Source of the DNA: an uncultured Nitrososphaerales archaeon
Lineage (GTDB): Archaea; Thermoproteota; Nitrososphaeria; Nitrososphaerales; Nitrososphaeraceae
Reading direction: 5' to 3'
Length of the DNA stretch: 64,000 bases
Assembly (NCBI GenBank): GCA_963709405.1
Contig: CAVPXM010000036.1
Span: forward strand, 47,921 to 111,920
Every line of letters starts with the position of its first letter. Positions within the stretch are counted from its first letter, which is position 1. Positions 1-11,700 of this stretch are shown piece by piece. Both the position numbers and the translations under genes were made by a program. The notes beneath the pieces were generated by a model. The model did not search any database. It had not been told where the DNA came from and saw nothing but the letters and a program-made list of their open reading frames with translations.

Positions 1-196
1 TTGAACTTGATATTTCTGAATTTGTACTACTAAGATCAAAAACCATCAATCGTGCACCATTCTTATTTTCTTAGTATTCTGTGGCATTAAATGGTCAGGC
101 TGTGCAGGCAAAGAATATAAGGATTAGCAACTGATTAAACTTATCACATTGACTAAACATACTAATCATACTAAACTTATAGATGAATCTCTGGAA

Positions 197-928
197 ATGT
201 TACGAATCCATATTGCGCCAGTTGGGTTTGAGGTAGATCGCATCGTTTTACCAGCCAAGAATATGAAAGCCGACCGCATATGGCTGATCATCCACAGTGA
301 CCCTACCGATGATGCAGGACAACCTTTTGGTAAGTTGATAACCGAACAACTGGAGGCCATCAATATCGAATACTACATTGAATACGCAGATCGAACAGAC
401 TTATTTGACACACTTAGGGCTTTAAGGAAGATAATTTTAAGAGAGAAAAATAATGCCATACTTGTTAATGTTTCTGTAGGAAGTAAGATCCAAGCAATTG
501 CATCCATGATGGCATGTATGATGTTCAAGGACGAGGTAGACATTATGCCTTATTATGCAGTACCTGAAAAATATGCGACAATCCCAAGAGAACAAGAGAC
601 TGTTGGCTTGAAGAAGGTTCTGAAGCTACCAGAATATAAGATAGAAACTCCACCAAATAATTTAATCAGGTGTTTGGAAATTATTCATCAAAGAACCGGC
701 AACCGGATTGCAAACAAAGACTTGAGGGACCAAGCTTTAGCACAGCAACTTATTCATGTAGAACGTCATAAGAATAAAGAGCAGTCAGCATATATGGCGC
801 TAAAGACCAACCTACTTGATCCGCTATTAGAATGGAAATTCATAACGGTTGAGAGAGTTGGCAGACGTCATGATTTAATATTAACAGAAGATGGACTAAA
901 TGTGTTGAAATTTCTTCATTCGACATAG
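197..928 (+). CDS. DUF6293 / HFX_2341-like regulator (CARF-like Rossmann domain + C-terminal winged HTH)
   Basis: IHIAPVGFEVDRI N-terminus, NVSVGSKI motif, C-terminal wHTH pattern (LDPLLEWKFITVERVGRRHDLILTEDG); ATG at 197 preferred over TTG at 149. Confidence 0.75.
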   Translation: MLRIHIAPVGFEVDRIVLPAKNMKADRIWLIIHSDPTDDAGQPFGKLITEQLEAINIEYYIEYADRTDLFDTLRALRKIILREKNNAILVNVSVGSKIQAIASMMACMMFKDEVDIMPYYAVPEKYATIPREQETVGLKKVLKLPEYKIETPPNNLIRCLEIIHQRTGNRIANKDLRDQALAQQLIHVERHKNKEQSAYMALKTNLLDPLLEWKFITVERVGRRHDLILTEDGLNVLKFLHST

Positions 929-1532
929 GATCAAAATATATTAAATATCAGCAGTTTTTCTTCAGTTGATTTGAATTGAGGATTTTTTTAGCAAACATGT
1001 CCAAACATGAAAATACTATTATTCAAATACCCTCAATTATACTTCTTCTATAGACTATTATACATCATATGAAATGGCTTCAATTCTATCTTTAATCTTT
1101 AATATTCAATATCTTAATTGGCACCTGTAATGAACAGGTGATATGTTATTCTAATATTATGGTAACAATACATTAAGGGTACAATTATGAAACCACATAA
1201 ATTTTAATGACCGTAATTTTGTCGAGGCATAGCCTGGTAGAACATATGATGTTTGGTAGCATATAGCCTCTCCTAGCAGGATGATGAAATAATTTGATAT
1301 TAACGGTAGCATGATATACTGGAATTATAATACTAAAATTATAATATTGTGTTTAAAGTAGGAAACTAAGATTTGCGAGGTAATCATCATACTTCAATCT
1401 GCGAGAAATATTACGCGCAAATACGTGAGTGGTATTTAAGCTTCTATCACATACACTTGATCAGATCTATGAGTTAACTGGGGAATGCTTGACGCAAGTC
1501 TTATATCAAGTCCAATACCGTACCTATATAGC

Positions 1533-1934
1533 ATGCCAAAGCCTGGATTTAAATCGATTACAGTAAGTGAAAATGTCTATAAAAAATTCTATGAGTCATA
1601 TGAAAAAAATAAGAAAAAGCTAGAACTCAAAGGTATTACCAGCTTCTCGGGATACATGACTAGTTTGATGGAAGAAACCGTAATAAGATATGAAACTTTT
1701 GCCAAACATGGTCCTTACATGGAAAAAATCTCAGTTGATGAAGATCGGATTTTGATAAAAGACAATAAAAGAAACAGGATTGCTGAGATACTATTAAAAG
1801 ATGGAGAATTACAATGCTTATTAGATGAGAAAACTGATTGTGTTCATATAGGATTTGTTTACTCCGTGCCTGAGATATACCTAATGATAGATAATAGACA
1901 TACCCCATCTGCACGCGTTCACTCTATGTTATAA
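1533..1934 (+). CDS. conserved thaumarchaeal hypothetical protein, possible N-terminal RHH-like DNA-binding region
   Basis: MPKPGFKSITVSENVY start, C-terminal CxxDxxxDCxH motif; intact ORF. Confidence 0.65.
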   Translation: MPKPGFKSITVSENVYKKFYESYEKNKKKLELKGITSFSGYMTSLMEETVIRYETFAKHGPYMEKISVDEDRILIKDNKRNRIAEILLKDGELQCLLDEKTDCVHIGFVYSVPEIYLMIDNRHTPSARVHSML

Positions 1935-2702
1935 AATAATAATCTATATACCAACTAGTCTGACTTAATCTTGAGTTTTAAGCTAAATCGTGTGCTCACT
2001 TTCCATTGCGAACTACACTGATAGTAATATCGCTCTGAATGCATTATTCGATCTACATTAAACACTAAAATTTGATCTTTTGATTTAAATCTTGTACGAT
2101 TCTATAGAGCGTCTGGCACGTTCCATCTGGACAATGAGCGTATGCATATATTGAATACACGCATCGAAGTGATAGTTATTGTTGAATAAACATGGCTAGG
2201 CAATCGTTAATGAGATGAACACAACTGATGTCAAAGATTGTTAAATTGAATTTACTCTAGGTTTACAGATAAAGTCCATATTAACATAAACCAGTTCTCC
2301 AATTGCTTACAAATTGCATGATCATCTGTATAAAGTCCAATTATGTATATCCGCGCAATTTAATATATTACCTCACATGACTAAAGTCTACGCATTAATT
2401 GAGCCTTTAAGGTGGACACCAGAAGCGTAGTCAAAGCATTTCATAATACCTAGTTAGAGAGTATTACAAATTGAAGGTCATCTATCCACAATTATCATAT
2501 TATAATTTATAGACACGTTTCTTTGTCCTTTCTTAAACATAGAACAAACCTTGTTGGCACAGCTTCCAGCTCTTCATATGCTTATGTTTCCATCCATAGT
2601 CTATATTAGCGACAATTTTAAATCATGACCGCACATACGTAAATTCTTTTCCAGTTAAGAACGAGTGTATCCTTTCAGATACTGCAATTCAGATACTGAT
2701 CG

Positions 2703-3119
2703 TTAGTACATTGAGACAGCAATTGCAGCGCCCATGGAATCTGAACCACGATTTGGAAGATTTTTAAAGACTAAGTTAACCTTACCGGTTTGAATGTATG
2801 TATCATTAATTTTTGGTTCTGTAGCTTTAGCATATCGAGCACATAGATGGCATTGAAAGTCGCTAAAATCAATTAAAGTAACAGCCGCAGATGTAGATCC
2901 CAAGTGTGGAGAACCTTCTTTTATCAAGTTTGCCAAAGAGATATTATTAGCGTTATTACTTCCTAGCGCCAACACTGAAACTCCATCAGAGTGATAAGTT
3001 AAACCAATTAATATTCCAAAAAAAGCTAGAAGAGAGACAAAAAAGATGCTGTCTATAAACATTATTTCCTTATAATTACTGCTCCTTCTGGGCTTCATTT
3101 TTATTCTATTTAGACACAT
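2703..3119 (-). pseudogene. DsbA/thioredoxin-fold protein, 3'-truncated
   Basis: N-terminal TM segment, FSDFQCHLC (CxxC), GKVNLVFKNLP; ends abruptly without the C-terminal GTP motif. Confidence 0.75.
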
Positions 3120-3290
3120 AACCTGCTATAAAGCCTTTAGAAATTGTAGCATATTCGTTAACATTCAGAAAGTTATAGTACATGCGTTCAAAATCTGTGA
3201 TCAGATAGGTACGAACTATTAATGGGCACTGAGGGTAATGATTACCATTTAAGACCAATGTTTATATATGGATGGGTGTTACTAATAGTT

Positions 3291-3791
3291 ATGTCAACAT
3301 CAGAAAGTAAAACATCAAAAGATAGCACAAAGATTACGAAAGATGTCAATGTAACTCTATTCGATGTAGCAAACGAAAACTTCACAAAATTGGTAAATGA
3401 ATCTGCAAAGGTTCAGCCAGAGTATGCACAAGCAATCTCCAATTTGCAGCAAGAGTACATAGAAGCATCTAGGAATGCCATTCAGACAACAACTTCAGTT
3501 CAAAAGCAATTTGCAAACAGCAACAGCAGTTTCAATAACGTCATCATCTCAGACACAACAGCACCATACATTCAGAACTTGGTAAAACAATCAAATGATT
3601 TTACGAACAACATCATTAGAATGACAGACATCAACAATCAGCTAACAATCAACGTATTAAACGCATTAAGAGAAAATGTGAAAAACTATAGTAGGACAGT
3701 CGAAGCTACTGCTGAATTTAACTCTAATCTGGCAAAAGCTTGGGCATCATCCTATTCGTCGGTCCAGCAACAACTTACTAGAGGACAATAA
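3291..3791 (+). CDS. helical Asn/Gln-rich hypothetical protein, phasin-like; paralog of 22365-22832
   Basis: Shared motifs AKxQPxYAQxxSNLQ, VKQSNxxTxNI, INNQLTxNxxNA, EF/YNxxxAKAW. Confidence 0.6.
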   Translation: MSTSESKTSKDSTKITKDVNVTLFDVANENFTKLVNESAKVQPEYAQAISNLQQEYIEASRNAIQTTTSVQKQFANSNSSFNNVIISDTTAPYIQNLVKQSNDFTNNIIRMTDINNQLTINVLNALRENVKNYSRTVEATAEFNSNLAKAWASSYSSVQQQLTRGQ

Positions 3792-3879
3792 ACAAATAGG
3801 AATACCCATATTTTTTAGGTACTGTTGAGTCAACTAATTTCAGCGTATTAAGAATCGTACACAACTTGTTATTCATTTA

Positions 3880-4775
3880 GAGCCTATCCCAAAATTATCC
3901 TCCTGTAAATAAGAATACAACAACCCAAACATACTAACGCAAAATAGTTTTCTAATTTCTTTTCGTATCTAACTAAAAGTTTTCTGAACTTGTTGTGCCA
4001 GGAGTTAGTTCTTTCTACAACCCATCCTCTTCTTGTATTATGCTTACCGCTCTTTTGTTATTGGTTGTTCGCCTCTATGTCGAATATTTGGTAAGTATCC
4101 TTTCTTGATAACTTCGTTTTCAATCTCCCGAAAGTCATATCCTTTATCAAGACAGAGGTTCTGGTTCTTTCTATAAATCTTAGAGGATGGTCTTTTAACT
4201 ACGATATTATCCAGTGTATTTATAGCAGCCTTCATATCATGTGTATTAGTCGCAGTTACAACAACAGATAATGGTATACCTTGTCCATCAGTTAATACAT
4301 GATGACGTTTTGTTCCTAGCTTACTCTATCTGTAGAATAGTGCCAGCCAGTCATTTCCCCCCTAAAGGTGTCTTTATACATACACTATCAAGTGACTGCC
4401 ATCTCCATTGGATGCCTACTATACCATCATATACTTTTAGCAATCTAGTCCATAATCTTTGAAATACCTTAGATGTTGACCATTGTTGGAATCGTCTATG
4501 GCAGGTATGATCCTGAGCCATACTCCTTTGGCAACATCTTCCATTGACATCCAGTTCTTAAGACAAATAGAATGCCATCCAGTACCTTCCTAAATGATAT
4601 TGCTGGACGTCCTATGGTATTCGCTGGTTTTTCTGAGGGAAGTATCAATCTTATTTCATCCCATAACTTGTCAGGAATTCTTTTGACAGTTGGAAGATAC
4701 CTGATCCTATCGTAAGTCACACTTATGAGAAAAACTCTCTCAAGCTATATGTCTATCTATTTTTGGGATGGGTTC
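3880..4775 (-). mobile_element. IS5-family (IS427-like) element, transposase split and degraded
   Basis: TIRs GAGCCTATCCCAAAA / TTTTGGGATGGGTTC flanked by TA; DGILFVLRTGCQWKMLP, LDKGYD and WVVERTNSW motifs. Confidence 0.85.
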
Positions 4776-5047
4776 TAACTCAAATATGGCTGGAACATTT
4801 GGATATCACTGCCTATACCATCCAACTACAATGAAGGGAATAATACAAGTACATTGACTAACAAAAAATTGTGATTATGTTTTCCTGCAATTTCTTTGAA
4901 GTGGATCATTTTACTCTTCCATAAAAAGCCGAGTGGGTCTATCATATAGTGGTGTCTACAGATAGAAAATATCATGAATAAATTGCAAGTCGTATAAGCG
5001 ATAGAGAGAAAAAGAATAGCGACTCTCGTCAGATTCACTCCAGATCA

Positions 5048-5231
5048 TTCTGGAGGACGACCGCCACCTCCGCCCACCAGATCCACCGTCATGTCCATGC
5101 CCTGAATGATGTGAACCAGAGTGGTGTGGCTATGCCGGTGTTGAGAAAGTAAATACTGATAGTATCTACACTGCTGCTACTCTCGTTACTATGGTAACGT
5201 TCAATAATAGTGCTTTTACCCCGTAGTGCAT
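5048..5231 (-). pseudogene. degenerate small secreted His/Gly-rich protein
   Basis: Manual translation MHYGVKALLLNVTIVTRVAAV*ILSVFTFSTPA*PHHSGSHHSGHGHDGGSGG with in-frame stops. Confidence 0.35.
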
Positions 5232-5411
5232 ATGGTTTTATCAGTTATTGAGAATTCAAAAGTCTTAATGTTAAATTTGTTAGAAAAACCTCTCTTTTAA
5301 GCGAAAAATCTATTGTCATAGTTGCTGTTGTCATGATAGGATCAAAAGTTAAAGAAAAAAGAAATGGAATTTCTTTCTCTCGTCTACCTACTTACTATTC
5401 TGTGTCTGCTC

Positions 5412-6302
5412 CTAAACATGCACGTTAACAAATGGACAGTTAACTATTACTCCCGCAATGTTAGTACTTAGCTTTCCAGCTTGGGCTGCAGATGTAATTT
5501 GACTCAATGAACTCAGGAATTCAGCATGCGATGGATCCTTCCATGTTGTAGCCTGTATTCTCCATAATGGACTGTAGCCTGTATCACCTACATTTGCAGA
5601 TGCAATGCTTGCTTGAAAACCCATAGGTCCAGTTCCTTTGATTCCGTTTGCAAACACGTAAAGATCAGACGATGCTCCAGAAAGTAACGCTGCACCTGTC
5701 TTGTTTACAAATGTCACGCCTAATGCATCAGCTACTTTCTTGATAGATGCGTCAGTTGCTATATAATAGATTGTTGAACCATCAGGAGCAAATCCTCTAT
5801 GTCCTAGAAACGTGATCTGCATTTTCTTAATATCGATGTTCAGAACTTGTCCTCCACCATATGCCGTCAGATCAGTTAAAGTTTTGTCACTTCTTTCTTT
5901 CAACGAACCGCCATGCCACTGCACAAAAGGACAATTAACTACCGCATCTGATGGAGTTATAGTTAATTCTCCGTTCTTCTGTGCAGATAGTATATCAGCT
6001 TCTGATTTAATCTCCCTTGGACTAACTCCTTGTTTCCATTCTACATTGTTAATTCTCCACAAAGGACTATATGCTGGATCGCCTGGCTGAGAATCTGCTA
6101 CGTTAGGTTGAAAACCTAAGGGACCAGAACCTTTAATGCCATTCCCAAATACATAGATATTTTCGAGTGATTGTGGTGGTGCATTCTTTAATGCTGGTGT
6201 ATATGATACTCTTGAATGAGTAGAGTTTGTCAAGTGATCTGCTAGCCCTTTATCTGAAGCTTCCGTTGATATATAGAATACCTCGAAACCATTAACATAT
6301 CT
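5412..6302 (-). pseudogene. tandem two-domain protein with YSPLWR repeats (DUF7482-like), 5'-truncated
   Basis: Two copies of YVFxNGIKGxGPxGFQ...YSPLWRI...VNCPFV; frame continues upstream (YVNGFEVFYISTEASDK) with no clear start or signal peptide. Confidence 0.65.
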
Positions 6303-6857
6303 TTCGATTTCTGAGACAGGAGGAGTAATTGCAGGCTGTGTTGTCGCGCCATGGACAGGAAATTACGTTTAATTATTGTCTTTTCAGGATTGAAAATCAA
6401 GGGGGGTACTCTTCTCTCTAGATAGCAGAAGATATAAAATTTGAATGTGTTTCCAATCTATGGTAACTTGTCATGTATCTCCATACTACCAGCTTTAAAA
6501 TTTTTTACCATGGTAAATATAGTTTTCATCTAACTTAGATCATTAATTGTGCACTCCCTACACCATATCAAAATAGTCCTGTATTTTGTCAGATCAGTTC
6601 CGTTAGTTATATTATAATTTGGTTTCCATTATTTGCTGTTAACCTTCCAATGTCTCACTTTCCATATCACACTTCACTCACGATAAATGACATAAATTTG
6701 ATATTAAACGTTCTAGAAAACAGATATGTTGATGATTCTTTGAGGACATAGGTATCTGGAACCAAGTTTGTTTTCATATTAGCATTTTTTAATATTTTTG
6801 TGTAGATTTGTACATATCTCAACGCTCATGAATTGAGATATACTTTCTCTATTTATA

Positions 6858-7781
6858 TCAACTGATATTCATAATATTGAGAAACAAATTGTCGTTGCTA
6901 TCTGAAAGATCTACTTTACAATATTCTGCAAACTGTTCAAACTTTTTCTGTCTATCTTTGTATAAATGTTCGATAACGCCATGAACGGGGCGATCCTTGT
7001 GATGATTTTTCAGATATGCAATGGTTGTATCATAGTCATGAATCGTGCCTAGCATATCTTGGACTTTTGCTAATTCTTCTATCACTTGAGAGACTTTATC
7101 TTCATCTTTATTTTTGCCATTTTCACCAATTGGTAAAAGTTCTAACAGATAACGAAGCTTTTTACAATCCTTTCGCATTTCATGCAATTCTGATATCCTT
7201 TTAGGAGAACTAAGTACTATAGGATAATTCCTCTCTATTGTATTGGCCAATTTGCAAACAACATTATCAAATCTTTTCTCTAGCTTCCTTTCTGATTTAT
7301 TGGTCATATTACCATCAAGTTTAGGAAGGCTTAATTTTCTTAATTCCAAAGCTATGCTTTTCGCCTCGCTGAGCTTCCTATTTCTAAGGGTTTTTAGCGA
7401 CTTGAATAAGTTCGTACCTGTTTGCGAAGACTGTATCTGTTGTTCTCGTTTTGGTGAAGGTTCAACAGATAGATATTTGGATAACATTTCGAAAATAATA
7501 TCGTAATCTCTTATCTTGCTATTTATGGAAAAAAGTTCCTTACTTTTCGCTACAAATTCTTTCATTTTCTTTTTATTTCGGATTGCCTTTGGAAGCGATT
7601 GATAGCTAGCTCGTAGTCTTCTGATCGCGGTCCTAATGTCATGAATATGTTCCTCATTAGAAGCCTTGAGATATTCATCTAACCTGTTGTTTACTCGTTG
7701 AATATTTCTCTCTGACTTGTTTAGATATGTCTTGGGATCAATAGTATACAAAATATTATCAATGGAAATGGATTTCGACAT
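6858..7781 (-). CDS. CHAD domain protein (polyphosphate-binding)
   Basis: IHDIRTAIRRLRA, IRDYD, LHEMRKDCKKLRYLLE and QDMLGTIHDYD motifs; ATG at 7781. Confidence 0.9.
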   Translation of the reverse strand: MSKSISIDNILYTIDPKTYLNKSERNIQRVNNRLDEYLKASNEEHIHDIRTAIRRLRASYQSLPKAIRNKKKMKEFVAKSKELFSINSKIRDYDIIFEMLSKYLSVEPSPKREQQIQSSQTGTNLFKSLKTLRNRKLSEAKSIALELRKLSLPKLDGNMTNKSERKLEKRFDNVVCKLANTIERNYPIVLSSPKRISELHEMRKDCKKLRYLLELLPIGENGKNKDEDKVSQVIEELAKVQDMLGTIHDYDTTIAYLKNHHKDRPVHGVIEHLYKDRQKKFEQFAEYCKVDLSDSNDNLFLNIMNIS

Positions 7782-7801
7782 AATAGAATTTATACGTGCA
7801 T

Positions 7802-8365
7802 TTACAATATTAATACCGCTGCACTTATAACTGTTGTCCAGAGGCCTTCTTTGTGACCCTCTGCAGATTGCGTAAAATTTTGTGTCTTGTATATTTTCCC
7901 CGAAAGCCTCCATTGTTCTTCCCTCTGATCCCAAGCAAGAGTGGGATCATCTGGTAAACCAATAATTGTGGCAAGCATCTCCATGGCCATATCCTCAGCA
8001 TAATCCCCAGCCTTCTGAGCTGTTTCGCCAGTTGAATGATGTTCAGATAAATATCCATATTGTGTATCATCAACCGGTCTGGCTAAACCAATAGATGCAG
8101 CTATTAACCTATTCGGCTCATTAGTAGCAGATCTGGCCATAACTGTAAAAGCAATTTGTCCTGGGTTCAAGTATTTTCTTCCCTCATCCTTGGCCACGAT
8201 CTTGCATTGTGGAGGCTTGATACTCGATACAAAGACAAGATTTAGATCTCCAATCGAAGCATCGCGCAGAGCCACCTCAAAACTTGTAAGATAATCTTTA
8301 TGTAATCCTTTCCCTTTTGTAAAAAAAATCATCCTCGGAACATATGAAAGATGATTAGATTCCAA
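7802..8365 (-). CDS. pdaD: pyruvoyl-dependent arginine decarboxylase
   Basis: SFEVALRDASIGDLNLVFVSSI (SS self-cleavage site), YGYLSEH, WTTVISAAV. Confidence 0.9.
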   Translation of the reverse strand: MESNHLSYVPRMIFFTKGKGLHKDYLTSFEVALRDASIGDLNLVFVSSIKPPQCKIVAKDEGRKYLNPGQIAFTVMARSATNEPNRLIAASIGLARPVDDTQYGYLSEHHSTGETAQKAGDYAEDMAMEMLATIIGLPDDPTLAWDQREEQWRLSGKIYKTQNFTQSAEGHKEGLWTTVISAAVLIL

Positions 8366-8593
8366 TTCTAACCCAAATCACCATCCTCATTCTGTGATTG
8401 TTTTCCCATCCTTCAAGGCGGATGACATGATATTTAGAAGTTACTAACCAGTCACCTAGAGGCTACGCACTCAGTTGCAAGTACATGTAATAAGGATAGC
8501 GGGAGGAGCGTTATATACGACAATAACCATAGGCAGGATGATAATACTGATAGTGATATTGACTCGATAGTAGTTGGTCATGTTAGCCCACAA

Positions 8594-9244
8594 CCAATCT
8601 ATGTAGAGGTAACTTCTGGCGATAAATTGATTCTACTTAAGACTGCGATTAATGATCATTTTAGAGTCAATACGTCAGATTCTATGACAGAAATTAGTTG
8701 TACCTTGTCAGAGATACTTCACAATGTTCAACAAGGACACAGAGTATTCATAGATGATGGAAAAATTGAGGCAGTTGGGCTTTCACACACTAAAAATTAT
8801 CTTGTATTGAAGATAGTACCACCTTCTGACACAACCGCTAAAATAAAAACAGAAAAAGACCTAAACTTTCCAGATTCGGAATTAGCTGTGGCTGCTATTA
8901 CTGCTGAAGACATCGAAAATCTTGATTTTATAGTTAATCATGCGACCGCGGTTGAGCAGTCTTTTGTTCACTCATCTAAGGATATTCAAGATCTGTATGA
9001 TGCCTTGGTAAGATGGGTCGTTCAGATTTTGGGATCATGGCAAAGATGGAAACACCTAATGCCATTCATAATTTATCAAAGATACTTCTGTCTGGCCTTG
9101 ATCTGCCAGAATTTGGAATATTTATTGCGAGGGGGATTTGGCTGTGGAAATCGGTTTTGAAAATCTGTCACTAGTTCAGGAGGATATTCTTTATCTTTGT
9201 ATGAAGCAGATCACGTACCTGTTATTCTAGCGACGGAGATACTA
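8594..9244 (+). pseudogene. pyk: pyruvate kinase fragment, frameshifted and IS-interrupted
   Basis: VFIDDGKIE, KDLNFPDS, and in the shifted frame IARGDLAVEIGFE; homologous to 38760-39509. Confidence 0.85.
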
Positions 9245-10350
9245 TACTGCCTAACATAATTTGATGCAACTGTCTGATGGTCTTGGCCAATACAAATTTA
9301 GCTTGAGGGCATTGTGTACCTAATCTGTTGGCGACTGCAGCTTTGAGCAACGCCTATAGAAATGAAAAAGATGCTGACCTAAGGGAAAGAATTCTACTAG
9401 TAAGGCTTGTTAGAGAAGATAAGAAAGAAGCATCCAGTGTAGCTGAAAAGGAATTCCATAGATCTAGATGGTGGGCTTACAAATGGCTCAAGAGATTTGA
9501 TAATTCTGGTTTGGAAGGACTAAAGAATAAGCATAGAAGTGGTAGACCTCCAGAAGTGTCGGAAGAAACATCTACCAAGATAAGAAAAGAATAGTCATAA
9601 AATCAATCAGGATGGATGGCTAAAGAAGTCATGAATTTGATATATGAAAGAACATGAGTCAAATATCATGAAGTTCATATCTACAGACTATTACATAGAT
9701 GGGGTTTCAGTCCTAAAGTACCAAGAATGAAATTTGTTAATGCTGCATCAAAGCAAGAGAAAAACGAGTTTCGAAAAAGGCAAGAAGGATAATCTCACGA
9801 ATACCTCAAGGCTTTACCATCACAGTTATGGACGAATCCATCTTTATACATGATTCTTTGGTTCGAAGGAAGATGTGGACTGCAGATAGAATAAGACCAA
9901 TTGTAACTATTACTGGATCACACCAAAGGACCTGTGTATTTGGTGCTCTGTGTATAGACGGAAGACAGTTCTTTCGTCAGTATGAATCCTTTAACCAATA
10001 CACCTTTCTGGATTATCTCATACAATTGCAAAGAAGGTTTGGAAAACTAATATTGTTCATAGACAGAGCACGTCAACATCACCGGTCCATCATGGTAAGA
10101 GAATACATAGAGCAAAACAAAGACGTTCTAAAAGTAATATATTTTCCAAAAGGTTCGTCTGAATTTAATGCTATAGAAGAATGCTGGAGACAGGGAAAAT
10201 ATGATCTCTTGGTATCGAAATACTATCCGAAATTTGCAAATTTCAGACATACTATAGCCAACTACTATAGAACAAGACGGTTCAGACTACACTAGACATA
10301 GTCAAATATCTATCGAGGAGTGTGAGTTAGCGAATTAATGTTACTGAGTC
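9245..10350 (+). mobile_element. IS630-family element, inactivated transposase
   Basis: HTH orf (KWLKRFDNSGLEGL..RSGRPP) and DDE orf (MDES..DRARQH..NAIEECW); imperfect TIRs; TA duplication at 9243-44 and 10351-52; pyk-like sequence resumes for about 16 bp on the right flank. Confidence 0.85.
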
Positions 10351-10604
10351 TAGATAGTGGTAAAAAGTATCTTAGGAAAACACAATCTCAGATCAATTTG
10401 GCATTGAAATTCTCTTAGCGAACTAATGGCCAAGTCTATCCTCATCAGCGTGACATAAATGATTGACCTAATACCATATTTCTTCTGGAGTATCACTTTT
10501 GGAAATTATTTATTCATCGTACCTCATAGTCTCATAAGGGATTTCATCGAAAGTTCACTCAATTATCTCAATCGGAGTCCTGAGCCAATATAATGATACT
10601 AATA

Positions 10605-11153
10605 TCAACGGATATAGGACTGGGTAGTTTTATCAAATTTTTTTACAATTTGAAAGTTGTCTTCAAACGTATTATTTTGAAATAGTCTTATCTCTGGAAA
10701 TAGGGACCAAGGTTCGTATCTAGACATCCGAGATGCAAGATGATCTTCTCCGAACATAACTCGACATAAATCGTAAGTCATGTTCCTGACTTGCAATTCA
10801 TCTATAATACCAAAGCTGTGAAGATACTCATGACTAAGCACCATAAATAGATATGAATTATATTCTTCTCGAGATTTACGTATTCGGATTATGTCTAATA
10901 TTCGCTTGTTTATTATAATCATATTGGAACCAACAACATGGTAAGCACCTAGCTCACTTGGCAATCCTTGCAATACCAAACTTAATCCAGCTCGATGCAT
11001 ACCGAATTTAGTCTCAACTGCTGATTTTATCAATTCAAATATCCCATCAAAGTCTTTTAGTTCTAATAGCGTATCTCGATAATATTGTTGTCCATTAGCA
11101 AACATTAATGATTTCGATGGAGTGTCATCTTTTATGTCTTTTACACTAATCAC
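10605..11153 (-). CDS. archaeal hypothetical protein with HExxH zincin-like motif
   Basis: LGAYHVVGSNMIIIN...SHEYLHSFG..DE; intact ORF. Confidence 0.7.
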   Translation of the reverse strand: MISVKDIKDDTPSKSLMFANGQQYYRDTLLELKDFDGIFELIKSAVETKFGMHRAGLSLVLQGLPSELGAYHVVGSNMIIINKRILDIIRIRKSREEYNSYLFMVLSHEYLHSFGIIDELQVRNMTYDLCRVMFGEDHLASRMSRYEPWSLFPEIRLFQNNTFEDNFQIVKKFDKTTQSYIR

Positions 11154-11700
11154 CTATTCACTTATAGGACAAATATTCAATATAAATATGATAGTTAGTC
11201 AAATAATACTACATTACCATTAGGTAATGTGATATAGAATACTAACTTATAAGATAGATCCAACTTATTCTTCCTAGTTGAGAAAGCCTGTTCCTGCTGT
11301 CTGCAACTATTACAACAAAAGAAAAAGATGAAATAATGGTCAACAGCGCAAAAAGTCTCTATCCTTCTTCTCCTGATCTTTTAGATAGAAAGTAGAATTT
11401 GTTACTGCGGATCTACGTGGCCCACCACCGTGCCTAATGCCTAATTTTGACGCCGTCTGTGGTGTGAGTACATTGTGCGCGCGCCTCATGGCCGACTATA
11501 ACCGTTGACTTTAAAAGATTCAATCGTGCAAATTGCAATTTTTACTTCATCTATTAGCAATAGTCACGTTTCCATTTTGATTTGTTAGCAATAACATTCT
11601 TAATTATTCTAAAATCTTAGATACCTGTATCTATAGTATATTCAAATATGATACAGAGGATGTCCGAACGTCGGTGGTGGCATAAGGGAAGAGGAAATCA

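Noticed and set aside
7782-7934. N-terminal extension of the CHAD ORF
   Set aside because: Overlaps pdaD in another frame; ATG at 7781 is the plausible start
11405-11510. GC-rich intergenic patch as a possible tRNA or ncRNA
   Set aside because: No cloverleaf, T-loop or convincing stems found by eye
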